Source: Conidiobolus incongruus B7586
Taxonomy: Eukaryota
Direction: 5' to 3'
Assembly (NCBI GenBank): GCA_000697335.1
Contig: JNEM01007424.1
Location: forward strand, 1 to 52,611
DNA length: 52,611 nt
Both the position numbers and the translations under genes were made by a program. Position 1 is the first letter of the stretch; each line of letters starts with the position of its first letter. Shown here piece after piece: positions 25,805 to 38,615 of this stretch. A model generated the notes under the pieces. The model saw nothing but the letters and a program-made list of their open reading frames with translations. It made no database searches and was not told the DNA's origin.

Positions 25805-26163
25805 TTTTACCCTATCAATTCCAAACTATTCATTTATTAATTATTTGAATTCTGTCTTATTTGAAATATACTGATAAATATGGATTGAGATATACAGAGT
25901 CATTTCCCACCAGTTTTAAAAAGTCATTATCCAACTTGTGTCCATGATTGAATTGTTGTGAGCACTTAACAGATCCTTTGATCAATTAAATCACAAACAC
26001 TTTCAGTACTTCAAGTACCAGATCGTTCAAAATTGTTGGGTGCTTCTCATTTAAGGATCCGAGATTGAGGAGCTTTAGCATTTGGGTCAAAGTCTTAATT
26101 TGAATTAAATACCCTTGGTGCTAGGTTTAAATGCGACTAGATTCAAATCTCTTAAGAAGAGTA
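25805..26163 (-). pseudogene. Decayed duplicate of the 3' end of the YEATS-domain gene (about 32255-32615)
   Basis: Same-orientation nucleotide similarity, e.g. ACAGATCCTTTGATCAATT, ACAAACACTTTCAGT, CAAGTACCA and GGGTGCTTCTC are shared with 32421-32500. Frame is disrupted. Confidence 0.85.
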
Positions 26164-28947
26164 GGCATGTTTGACACTATTCCAATTGATTGAAATTATA
26201 TTCGAAATGGTCACGAAACAGCCGAAGATAAAAGATTAGAATCATAGACAAATGTTCGATAAACCAGCTTCAAAATCAAGGTGATAATAGTCCAAAATAT
26301 AGACAATATGTAACTCAAAATAGCAGAGTAAAATTGGCCAATTGGGTAAAGATGGTTACAGAAGGATTATCTTCTTCAACAGTTAGTACTGTGTTGGTAT
26401 TAGTTTCAAACTTTGCAAATAGGGCAGCAGAGTGATTTTTATTAAGAGCTTTTTTTGGAATTAGAAAGAGTTCTATTGATCTGATTAGTAGTGGGAAGTT
26501 GAGCAGTGGGATCTTGTTGATTGTTGACTGAAGGGTTGCTAGATCTTCTTGAAAGAAGTTTGGAACTGGTTCTTAAAGTTTTAACACGTTTAATGTCAAA
26601 TGATCCTTCTCCTAGTACATGATGAGGATTATTAATATGTTGATCAAATAAATTAGTGTGAGGTTCCAAATTGCATCGTATGAGATAAGTACCACCAGCG
26701 AGATATCCGTCATTTAGCTGTTGCTGTTGTTCTTGATAAATTATCCTTATGTAGGTTTGATCCCTTGAACTATTTTATGTGGAAATCTGAGATTGTGAGG
26801 AAATTGTTTTGAGAGTTATGAAATTGGGAAATAAAATTAAGAATGAAAAAATTAATATGTTAATATTCAAATTCACTGAATCTATAATTAACCAAATAGG
26901 TAATTATGAGACCATTTAAATATATTATTCACCAACAAACACTGCTATTATTTAAGTAATTATGAAATCTATAAAATCAAATTATGAATTGTTTAAATTT
27001 AAATTATCATATTTAGAAATTTGAATACGTTTATGAAACAAATTTTTACAAATTACACACCAAATTATTATTGTTTTTGAAAACTGTCCAATAAAAATCA
27101 TATATTTTTATGTATTCCATATTAGAGCTAGAAATTTTCCAAATATTACAAATGCAAAATTTTTTCCAATTCAAATATTATTAAGGTATTAATTTCTTTA
27201 ATCTCTATAGAATTGATGAAATTTATTTCAAACTAATAATTTAAATTTTGTATTTAGTACTTTTAAATAATATCAAATATTTATTTTTAATCATCCATCT
27301 TGTCAATATTAATAATTTCAAAAAGGTTATATAATTTGAATTAGTGTTACTTAAAGTTTAAATTATTTTGTTCAATATAATTTTTAATATGCAAAATATA
27401 TTATGTCTGAATAAATCATATCCAAATAAATTAAATATCAATAATATGTAATATTTAAGGACACGACGACCGTAATAGTGGGAGGAAATAGACTTTTAGA
27501 GCTTAAACAGGGAATTGCCAGTGGTAAATGATAGGTTACCAACAGAGTTAGGGGCAATCAATGGGGTACACCAAATGAGGTGAAAATGGCTTACAGCGAA
27601 TAAAGTAAATGCTCAATACATTTGAAATGAAGATAAAAGAGATGTGCTTATTAGTTCGTTGGTGATAATGTTATATTAGAGTATAGAAAATGGGTGCTCT
27701 CCAATGTAACTTCTTGATTCAGTGAGGTAATTGCAGTTCCTTGAGTGATTGACAAGATTATTTTCGATCAGATATTATAATGGCTTAGAGTGATTAAAAC
27801 TAATAAAAATTTAAACTGATTTAATCAAAATTATTCTATTATAAAAATAAATACAACAATTGTATAGTTAATGTATAAAATAATATATACTACTAACCCT
27901 ACCTGATAAATTAAATATTTAGTTTTAAAACTTATTATGACCTTGATATAATTATTCCAATCAGCAAATAATTATGTTATTCTTTTAACTAAATCCAATA
28001 TTAATGAATCTTTGATAGAATTATATTAAAATGTAAATTTTATTAATTTGATTAAAGAAGATACAATTATAGCAAATATCTGTTATTTTGGAAATGGAAC
28101 TTTAAAAAATTCCATTATTTATATTTTAATAATAATTAAAATCTATAATATAAGATTTTTCAAAATAAAGTAGAAAATATAATAATTTTAATGATTAAAT
28201 GAAATTAATTGAATATTATACAATTTTTAGAATACTAAATAAACCTAATATTTAATCATAACTAACTATTCAAAAATAAAAAATTCAAATATTAAACCAA
28301 TGTGATAAAATTTTGATTGGATAATTTTATAGATTCATTTAAATATTATTATAATAATAATTGATTTATTGATATTTATTCAATATGACCTCTTAATAAC
28401 AGTAATATATTGATTTTCATTTTCAATCTTTAAAATTGTTTAATTATTTTAATTAATTTTTTATAGTTTTATAGTTAAAGTAACAAATTATCATAAATTT
28501 AAATTATATATAACAAATTAACTAAAGATTTTGTTTTGAAAATTCTCTTTATATTTCTAATTGCTGAATTGATCTTAATCAATCGAATATTTAGTAATTT
28601 AAGATTAAAATCATGAAAAAATTTATAAAAATGTGTAAATAAACTAATTTTTTATTGAAATATTAGGCCAACTCAAATCTGTCCTATTTTTTCCAATTTT
28701 CAGTTTGACTGATTTTGGTTTTTGAAAAAATTGGTCATAAAAAAATAGCTTACTAATTTTTTTGGTTCATAAAATCCATTTGTTTTCTTTTATAAACTAT
28801 GAAAATAAAGCTAAAAGTATATTATTACATTTTACAGCAATGTAACTTTATTCTATATTAATTAAACAACTTCTATTTTATGTTGAATATCACACAAATT
28901 TATTAACAAAAACACCACTTTTAAGCTTAATCTTGTTTATTTCTCTT

Positions 28948-29600
28948 ATGTCATCTACTATTAATACTAGTAATAACAATAAAAGCTCCCTTGAACTATA
29001 TTTAATAGAAGCTATACTTAATTAGTTGAGGTAAGAAGAAAACTATAAATCTTAGTGTTTTAACAAGTTAAATATTTCTTTTCAAATATATAACTCAATC
29101 CCTATTTAAAAAAGAGTAGATTACTTAAAGCTAAGAAAAAAGCTTGATAAAATATTTAATTATATAAAAACTCTTATTCACAAATTTAAAGCTGCTAAAT
29201 AAGTTTTAACAAGTAAATAATATAATAGAAATAGTTATTTGTTTATAATAGTTAATGCTATTAAAATAAAAGATAATTTGATTTTTAAAGCCTTTAATAT
29301 AACTTTTATAACCTCTTCATTACACAACTAATTTTATTATAAGGAATTAAATATTTTAGATGATAAAAAATAAAGTAATAGCTTTTATCTTTAATTATCT
29401 TCTTTAAGTGAAAGTTTTAAAAGTGTAAGAGATAATAAAAGAAAGAAAAATACTTAATTTTTTTTCCTCAAGGTTATTAAAGAAAGCATACAAGAGCAAA
29501 ATAAAATCTTAAGATAGTAGATTATAATATAATAACTACAAGAAGAACATTAGTTATAATTATTAGAACAACAACAATTTTTAATAGAAAAACTCTTATA
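28948..29600 (+). pseudogene. Putative Myb/SANT-like accessory ORF of the Harbinger element (3' end approximate)
   Basis: ATG at 28948. Reads EAILN*LR*EENYKS* (resembles L.WL..E.NY..W) and IKTLIHKFKAAK*VL. Position opposite the transposase fits the Harbinger two-ORF layout. Confidence 0.55.
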
Positions 29601-29749
29601 ATTAATGTAAAAGAATTTTAAAAAGAGTATTTAGTTTATATAATTTTTATTATTAAATAAAATAAAATCAAAAAATATATTTAAAATAGTTAACCAAGTG
29701 TTAGTTTATGATAACATTATTATTTGTGATTTATTTAATTTAACAAGGT

Positions 29750-30963
29750 TATTATATGTATTAATTATATTTTGTTTATTATCATCAATATTAACATTTT
29801 CACTAGTTTTTTTTTAATTCCTTCTTTTAAATTATAATCTTATATATTAAAAGAAATAAAGTGGTAAAGAAAAGTAATTAAATATATAAGTGTAGTAACA
29901 AATTAATAAGCTTTTGTATTTTATATATAATAAAGTAATAACTTTAAATAAGAAAAGATAACTTTCTAAATACTAAAAGTTTTTTCTATTACAGATTACT
30001 TTTTATTATATGTTATATTAGATTCTTTTATTTTTTGCTTTATAAAAGGAAAAGCAGCTTTAATCTAATTTCTTTAAAATAAAGTAACTATAAACTTATT
30101 ATTAACATAACCTATAAAAAACACAAATTAAATATATTTATTTACTATTAATAATAAATTAAATTAAGTATAAAATAATTATATTACTTATTATTATCTA
30201 CAAGAATATATTTTCTTTATTTAAAGTATTTATTTGATTTATTGAATAATTTAGATGTTTTTAAAATACTAAAGTTATAATATAATTTAAGTTTCCTAAA
30301 CTCAAAATATATAAATTTATTCAAAGATAATATAACAGCTATATATTAAAGGCTGTGTGTATTTTTACTGTTGTAATATAACTATATATGAAATATAGGT
30401 TAATCTTCAAGTATAATATAACTACCATTTAAGTAACCAATATAATTATTAAAAAGGGGTTGTTTTAAATAAGATTCCTCTATATTATAATAATTTTCTA
30501 GCCAAACTATTTGATTTTCTAGTTTTTCTTTAATAGAATATATTACTCTTTTAGTATATAAAATAACAGTTCCTTCTCTTATTTAGAACTTTTCAGCTAT
30601 ATCTTTTAAACATGCTTTTTTGTAAACTAGTTAGTAAAATGTAACTGCTAACTAAGTTTTTAAAGATGCTTGTTTTTCTTGATGAAAAGAAATGAAATTT
30701 ATATGTAATTGTAAAATATTGGCAAGTTGGAAAAACTTAGCTTTTAGCATCCTTATCTATCTTTTGAAATCATTTTCTTCAAAAGGAAGTTTACATATAG
30801 ACTACAGTAGCAAGTATAGTATATATAGCAAGTGTGGAGATATATATCTTGAGGTTTTTAGTTCATATAATAATCTTATAATTGCTGGATCATTTATGTT
30901 CTTATTAAAGTTAACTATAATAAGGGTAATAAAGAACTCTACTATTTTTTTTATGCTAGGCAT
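29750..30963 (-). pseudogene. Harbinger/HARBI1-like DDE transposase pseudogene with one intron (3' end approximate)
   Basis: ATG at 30963. Motifs F..*IRM...F..L, *LAVTFY*L (=QLAVT.YRL), DIAEKF*I.EGTV..YT.RV, IVWL (=IVWP), NYIGYLNGSYI (=NCIG.LDGSHI), RKLKLYYN (=G.PGS.HD), YILVDN|GY split by an intron (=ILADSGY), *SVIEKTFSI*K (=R..IE..FG.WK). Confidence 0.9.
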
Positions 30964-31444
30964 AATAAAAAAATAAAACTAATGAAGTGATTTTGATAAA
31001 TACTATATATTTTTTAGTTTGAGAAGAGGAATACTTGATTATTAATTATTTTAAGACTTTAGAGTTAATTATGGGAAAACATCACTGAATTTTCTTTTTG
31101 GGACACATTTGAGCACATTTTTAACATTTTTTGAAAAAATCAGGAAAATTAAGAATCAGGACAGATTTGAGTTGGCCCATTATTTATGTTTTTAATATAT
31201 AACTTTAGAGTCATAAGTTGAGTATTATTTACTTTTTTCAATTTTAAAATCATTTGATCTATCTACTCAGAGTGAATGATATTCTAATTTTAAATTATTA
31301 AACTGACCTGGTGTTGTGTTTCATAATATAATTTCTAAATATTGTTGTTAGATAAAGTACTTTTAATATGGTTTAGTACATTTATTAACTCTGCTCTTTG
31401 ATGTTTTGGAAATGTATTTATTAAAGTTTACTTACCATTGAGAT

Positions 31445-31569
31445 GTAGCAAAATATCCAACATTTTCCTTTGTCTCTTTGTCACTCCTGGATTTAAATAG
31501 TTTGTTCAGTGTATGACATAGGATTTGGTTAAGATCTAACAAAGAGAACAAAGGATATTATTTGCTTAC
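31445..31569. repeat. Imperfect ~125-nt fold-back (inverted repeat)
   Basis: GTAGCAAAATATCC pairs with GGATATTATTTGCTTAC. TCCTTTGTCTCTTTGT pairs with ACAAAGAGAACAAAGGA. Weaker pairing continues to a short loop near 31507-31514. Confidence 0.55.
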
Positions 31570-32250
31570 GGACTAACAAAGCCAGGCTGCATTAGGAATA
31601 ATATTGACTTGATTATCAAATCGAGACAGATAGGTATTTTCAAATTATAACACTAGCTAAGAAATGAAATTTTAATCTCTCTATTTTAAAATAATAATAT
31701 AAGTTGTAATTACTAAAATTTAATAACAAAATAAATAATTACATAATTTAACGACAAATAATTAGATAATCTGATGCCATGACAAAGATAAAATTATTGA
31801 AGAAAAGTTAAAAATTTTTTAGATAATCTAATAAAATATTTTTCAAATTCAGCTGTGATGCTAAGAAGAAGCAAAGATCTCATATATCATAGATAATAAT
31901 TGATTCCATATAAAATATTAATAAGCAAATCATTTACCAATCCAATATCAATGTGAAAATATAATTAAATCAATAATAAATTATATAGTCTTAGAGCTAT
32001 GGATTAATTATTGTGGATACAAAAAGAATAATCTGAATGACATAAATTTAAGACCAGTTAATTCTATCAATATAAGGGAATATCTTAAAATTTCAAATTT
32101 GATAAATTATAATATTTAAAAAGGTTTAACAACCATAATTATTACCAATATTCCAGCCAAAAAATTGGTTTTGAAAATATAGATTAAATTATAAAAAATT
32201 TAATTTATTTTTAAATTAATAATTTACAAAAAAATTACCTCTAGCAAAAA

Positions 32251-35200
32251 TTATCTGTGTTTTTTACTCACTCCAAAGAATTCATTAGTCAGCCATTTCA
32301 ACTCTGGGGTATTCAAAATATACTGATAAGTGTGGATAGGGGTAAGGAGCCACTTGCCTCCAGTTTCTAAATCGTCATCATCCAATTTGTGCCCATGATT
32401 TAACTGTCGTGAACACTTGACAGATCCTTTGATCAATTTAATAACAAACACTTTCAGTGCTGCAAGTACCAATTCGTTCACAATTGCCGGGTGCTTCTCG
32501 TTAAAGAATCTGAGGTTGAGGGGTTTTAACATATGGGTTAACAATTTCAATTCACTTTGAATACTCTTTGTAATAGGTTTAGATGAGATTTGATTTAAAT
32601 CCCTCAAGAACAGTTGAGAATTTTGACAAAATTCTAATTGACTGAAACTGGACTCGGAATGATCAACTTCCAACTCTTCATTGTCGCTGTCGATTACGAT
32701 AACGTCGTCATCGTCCAGGAGTTCACCTTCTTCGAGTTCTCCACTCTGTTCCAACTTGATCATTTTGATAGTTTTGAGTTTATAGACCTTCACAAGGTTG
32801 TAGAGATCTTCCCTCGAACTCAGGGTGTTTAATCCGCCTGTGAGTAGACCATAATCTTTACAGAATTCGGATTCACATCGGAAATTATTATCTAAACGCT
32901 CTAGACGACCACAAACTTTGCAGAAGTTTACATAGACCCGACGATCTTCTAAAGGATGGAGATTAATTTTGGATCTTAGGGGCCTTATGGAATGGTCGTA
33001 ATACCTCAGCCAATTCAAAAGGTACCTCGTGGTGAGTTGCTTGAGGCACGTTTGACTCGGCACATCCAACCCATCAAAATGGTCTTTCAGCGATGATTTC
33101 ATGCTATGGGCTCGATACCATTCGATCGCATTCTTTCGTATGGAGTCCCAAGTGCTGAATTCGGTCCAGTCTTTAGCGGTTCTGTACGGTAGATCTAATG
33201 TTGGTGAATCACCAATTAGTGGGAATTTATCCAATTGACGCAAGCATAGAGCATGAGCTTCCAACGTTAGACCAAAATCCGAAGGATGCAACTTCTTTTG
33301 AGATATTGATTTCTTTCGCTTTTTCTCTATAGTTTCTGGCAATACCTTCCCATTAGTAATAGGTTGTGGCATATCTTTAGCGTTAGAGTCTTTCTTCTGA
33401 TTGTTTTGAGAGTCGTTGGGTTGATTAGTACTATTCAAAAATTTTGTGTTGCGATCCAGTTCCAAATCTAACCAAATTTCGCCGCCTAATTTTTGTTCAC
33501 CGCTCAGACTCCAGTCGAGTCGTAACATGTGGATAAAGCTGACAGGATTGTTCTTGGCATCGTCATGGAAGAAGAATTGGATTCGCACTGGGAATTCACC
33601 CCAGCCGTAACGTGTTAAATGGAATGGAGGTGATGTTAAATCGATTACATCGTTGGGGGCGTAGGATGGATGGAGAAAGAAACGTACTTGGCGGACGTAT
33701 GCTGTTAGATCGAGATCGTAGGTAGTACCAGAGACGTACACCATCCATTTGAATAGTGGCTGGCTAGTCTGACCGTCCAAAGGACATATGTATTTAGAAA
33801 CGTTTCCAATAATGATACGTTTTTTGATATAAAATCTAGAACCGTGATCGGGAATACCGTTGTGTTGAAGTTGATAATTTGCAATTGGTTGAGTCGTAGT
33901 ACATGTAACAGAGGCAGGTATCTGAATATTGGTCGGAGAAGAAACTTGAACAGGCTGTGTAAGTTCTTCACTCTCATTTTGTATCGTATCCTCAGTCGCT
34001 CGATCCACTGTCGATTTTTCAACATTTGTCTGGGTTTGTGATGCACTGGCAGAATTCGATACAGTATGACTTGGAGAAGGTGTAGCAGCCGGTGTCTGGG
34101 TAGTAATTGCAGAGGATGAAGGATTAACTTTCTTCACCTTATTGAGAGGATAATCATCCTCCATAATATCGACATCCTCATCATAGACCTTAATACCGTA
34201 AACACGACCCAATCCCATACCCTCCTTGGGAATAATCTTACTACCTCTATAATTCCTCTTCAGCGTATCCAAATCGAATTTTTCGGGCACTGGATTCATT
34301 AACGGTTTGGTCAATGTATTCCTACATGGATGATTCTTAGGCACTTCACTCTCAGGTACTGGGGTACCACAAATCAAATTGGCCTCCTGATGACTTGGAA
34401 ATTCGATATTGTGACTAATTCTACAGTGATTTAAAAATCCCTGAATATTTAAAAAGTTGCACCGATTGCATTCTGGACAATGAATTCTTACGAATGGTCC
34501 CTCATCTAATTTCGCATACAGTATTGAATCGTCAACGTAGGATCGCTTTGGATTGGCAAAATTAGTATTATTCCGATGTTGCTTATACTTGGATTTGTAT
34601 TCGCTGCTCAATTCCTTTAGTCGCTTGAGTCCTAAATTGATTTCATTTTTGATGGTTTCTATTTCCCTGCGTTTTAAATATAATTCCATATCGAATTGGT
34701 CTTCCAGGATGCGCGATAATTTTTGGGTGAGGGGATTTTGAACTGCTATATATAAATTAATACATTATATTTGATAAAATAATTTATAATTAAATATTTA
34801 CTTTGAGATGGTTTTGAATTCAATTGATTGCCTTTAGATTTGGTTCCATTTGGTACATTTTTCCTATAATGCAGATATAAATTCCTGTCGACAGATTTCG
34901 GCTGAGTTAATGGTATGTCTGAAATAGCATAGGATGAATTATCTGAGGATGGGTCTTCATCATATTCCTGCTCAGGCTCTTGTTCTGCTTCATGTTCCCA
35001 TTCCTCTGGCTGAGCACTCCTTCTCTTAAACCCATCATAACTTTTCAACGATTTGGTAGCAATTGGAACATGTGTTAACTCTGTTTCTGAATCCGTGGAT
35101 GTATCGCTATGGTACCTCGAAATACTGGGAATTTGAGAGCTATTCGGATTACTTACAGAAATATCAGATTCGTCGCTATCTAAAGCAGAATCTTCTGCAG

Positions 35201-35270
35201 AACTCGACGATGAACTAATTCCTTCAATATACTGACGTCTTATGTCGGAATCGAAAGGTTTTTTAGACAT
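32251..35270 (-). CDS. YEATS-domain chromatin protein (YEATS2-like) with an Ahc1-like C2H2 zinc finger; 2 exons
   Basis: Exon 1 35270-34802, GT-AG intron 34801-34746, exon 2 in frame (ILEDQFDMELYLKRRE). Zinc finger CPECNRCNFLNIQGFLNHCRISH. YEATS core IIIGNVSKYI, KWMVYV, VRFFLHPSYAPND, PPFHLTRYGWGEFPVRIQFFF. Confidence 0.88.
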
Positions 35271-35786
35271 AATTATGTGATTTTGATTCTATTAAAGCGA
35301 TTATTGGAAGATGTTATAAAATTTAATTTAAAATAAAGAATTTAATAAATAATGGCTAATAGTCTATTTAATTATTTAATATTGGCAATTATTTTAATTG
35401 TATCAACATTCAATTTTTAATTCAACATTTATTTATTTTGATTTTGAAATTTACATGTTACTAGGGTTTTTTGAGTTAAATTTAATTGACAGTAATTATT
35501 ATGGGATTTCAATTGAATTTTACAATATAAATTACCCAATTTCAGATTCATTTTAATTGCATTTATGATAATTAATAAATAAATAAATAACTCGAATATA
35601 TAGTTCGTAAAATATTAAAGTCTTATGGATAATCAAGGACATAAAATATTTTTCTATCAAATTTATCTATACCGAATATACTTTGTAGTGCCAAATTATT
35701 AGATGAAATAATCTCTGTATAATTGTCCCACAATAGTAATTAAATTTTAATAGATTATAAAGGTTCAAAGTCCACCCAGTCCACTT

Positions 35787-36619
35787 ATGAACAAAAATAA
35801 TTATAAAAAAATAATGATGATCTCACACTTCGTTAAACCTATCAAACCCCAAACTCTATTAAGACCTACTGCTATTCAATCGAATCTGATTCGATTTAAT
35901 TCTACTACCACCACCAATAACCTTAAGTCAGAAACCGGCGAACCCAAAATCAATGACGATGAACCCTACCGCGACCTCACACCTCAAGAGTTAGAAAGCA
36001 TTCGCACTATGTTGCGCATAAACCAAGCTGGAGAAATTGGTGCCAACTACATTTATATGGGACAGTATCAAGTGTTTAAGAATGATAAAAATTTGAAAGA
36101 TTTAATTTTGGTATTTAATGCAATTTAAAATTTGGCTACAAGTTACTAATAGTTGGTGTTTAGCATATGTGGGAACAAGAAAAAGTCCACTTAAACAAAT
36201 TTAATGAATTGATCCCCGAGTACAGATCCCGACCCACTGCACTCATGCCCCTATGGCGAATTGCAGGGTTCGCAGTAGGTGCTGGTACAGCCCTCATGGG
36301 AAAAGAAGCAGCCATGATGTGCACTGAAGCTGTCGAAACGGTGATTGGAGGTCATTACAATGACCAATTGAGGGAATTAGCCAATATCAAAAATAAAGAT
36401 GTTGAAGAGTTGAGGAAAGTTATCAGACAGTTTAGGGATGACGAGCTTGAACATTTGGACACTGCAGTGGAGTATGACGCTCATCAGGTATTATTATATA
36501 ATTTTAATAGGTTTAACAATGCATTAATATCAGACGTTTAGGCACCTTTACACACTCTAATGAGTAATGTAATTAAAGGAGGTTGTAAGGCGGCTATTTG
36601 GATCTGTTCCAAAGTTTAA
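35787..36619 (+). CDS. COQ7: 5-demethoxyubiquinone hydroxylase (Coq7/Cat5), 3 exons
   Basis: Mitochondrial-presequence-like N-terminus. [17 protein letters not shown] | [47 protein letters not shown] | [25 protein letters not shown]. Introns 36111-36163 and 36488-36541. The start may be the later ATG near 35814. Confidence 0.96.
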
Positions 36620-38615
36620 ATTATTTTATATTATTATAATATATTGAAAACAATATATTTAACAAATACTAATTAAAATTAACTAATAATATACCTATAT
36701 TCGTTAATTATTTCAAATTTTATTCCTATATATTCATGTTTTAATAAATTTTTTGTCAGCTTTTCAATATTGTATGAAATTTATTAAAAATATTGTTAGA
36801 AAAGTCTTGACCCGATAACTCTTACATTGTTGATATATCTCTTATCAGATTTTTCCATTAATGCATTTAATATCTTTTGAATTAAATACAATCATCATAA
36901 ATTTGATAAATTTAATATCAAAAACTTGTGATTTATTCACCACATTAAAATAATAATGTGTTTAACCATTATCGAGTATATTCAAAAAGATACATTCTTT
37001 TAACAAATGTAATTTTATATCACTAAATACACCAATCAATAAATTAATTTGGTGTATATTATATTGTTTAATCTTTTATTAGATTTGAATAAAATGTATT
37101 GATATTATCTTGAACATTCCCCAATCATACCCTCAACCTTTTATACATACCCAAATATTATGAATTATTTCTAATTTACTGTTAAGAATCTTAAAAACTA
37201 TTGTTTTTACTCAACTTTATTCAACACTAGTTAAACATAATCAATAATTTTTAAAATAATATTTTGAAACTGCTCATATCTTAAAAAACCCTGAAAAATA
37301 AATTTATTTAATTTTTAATTCCAAAAATTTGGTACTTAAAATAATCATTGTTTTGTTTCAAATTGTTAAAAAATTATTTGAGAGTTTAAAGTTTACTATT
37401 GAATTAATTATTAATAACTTCAACAAAATATTTAGTTCAAAGAAAACATCCTAAATTATTCATTTATTCCACGTATTTTTATGGCTTTAAATACGATTTA
37501 ATAACAAAAATTTTAAAAAATATTCAATGATGAATCATTGTAATAACGATAATTTAAATGAATTAAAATATTCACAATATTGAAATTATCACTAAAAATT
37601 CCACAGCTTTAATATCAATTATTTTCCTTAAATAACACCCTGTCGCGGATCGGGAGGTCCGCTCGTCATTCAACTTTAACCGTCCATCATGATTCCGAAT
37701 GCAATCCACTCAAAAATACTAGGCACAATCCTTGCACCATGGAAAGTTTTAGACTATAACAGTAATTGGAGTTTCAACATATTGGCAAAGGACTAACTAC
37801 GCTACAAATAGTCAATGGACACCTATTCACTCAAAGATCATCCCGATCAGGGCCAAGCCCTACACCTTGATATCTTAATAAAACCCCTTAAAGTATCTCG
37901 TTAGTCGTACTTGGCCTGTTTTATCGAACCCACGTGATCTTTATTTCAAGTCTACTTTCTAGAAGATCTATAATACTAAATTTTCTAAAATCTAGATATT
38001 TTTAGGCAACCTAACGAAAGTTGCTCAAATTAGCAATTTTTTTTCAAGTCTATATTTGGAAATTTCAAAATCTCCTAAAATGGTTATAATTAAACCAACA
38101 GGTTTTGATTTAACTTTTGTTGTGAATTTAGTTTTGATATAGTTCAGAGTTGTTAAGCTGTTGCAATATATTTTTAATTTTTTATCGTAAAATCTAGGGT
38201 AATATTAAGATAAATTATTATTTTCAATCAAGACTTAGGATTTTGTTAGGGTAAATAATTGCCAAAAATAGTTAGAATACTAAAATGAAAAATAACAACA
38301 TCCAAGTTCTAAATTTCAACACTGTCTATATATTTAATTTCTAATAATTATTACCAGATATCGCTCTATATACATTGAAAATTACTATACATGATTAAAT
38401 ATTTCAAATATCTATTACGGTAAATTTTGGCAATCAAAAAATTTAAGCATAATCAATATGAACCAATAACCAAATTATCCACTATATTGTCTCAACCATC
38501 TTTCTATTCAAATGTTAATGGAAAATTTCCTATAAATTGGCCTGATTGCGCAAGGTTCAAAGTTAAATCAAAATATTATATTATATTTAAACTTGTGTAA
38601 TATTATTTAATATAG

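Larger units (their letters stand above)
28665..31178. mobile_element. PIF/Harbinger (PHIS)-type DNA transposon with two convergent ORFs, hypermutated
   Basis: Perfect 20-bp TIR GGCCAACTCAAATCTGTCCT (28666-28685 vs 31158-31177), termini (A/G)GGCC...GGCCC, 3-bp ATT on both sides (28662-64, 31179-81). About 2.5 kb. Confidence 0.9.

Noticed and set aside
30692..30976. 94-aa + strand ORF
   Set aside because: Antisense shadow of the Harbinger transposase pseudogene, with no recognisable protein.
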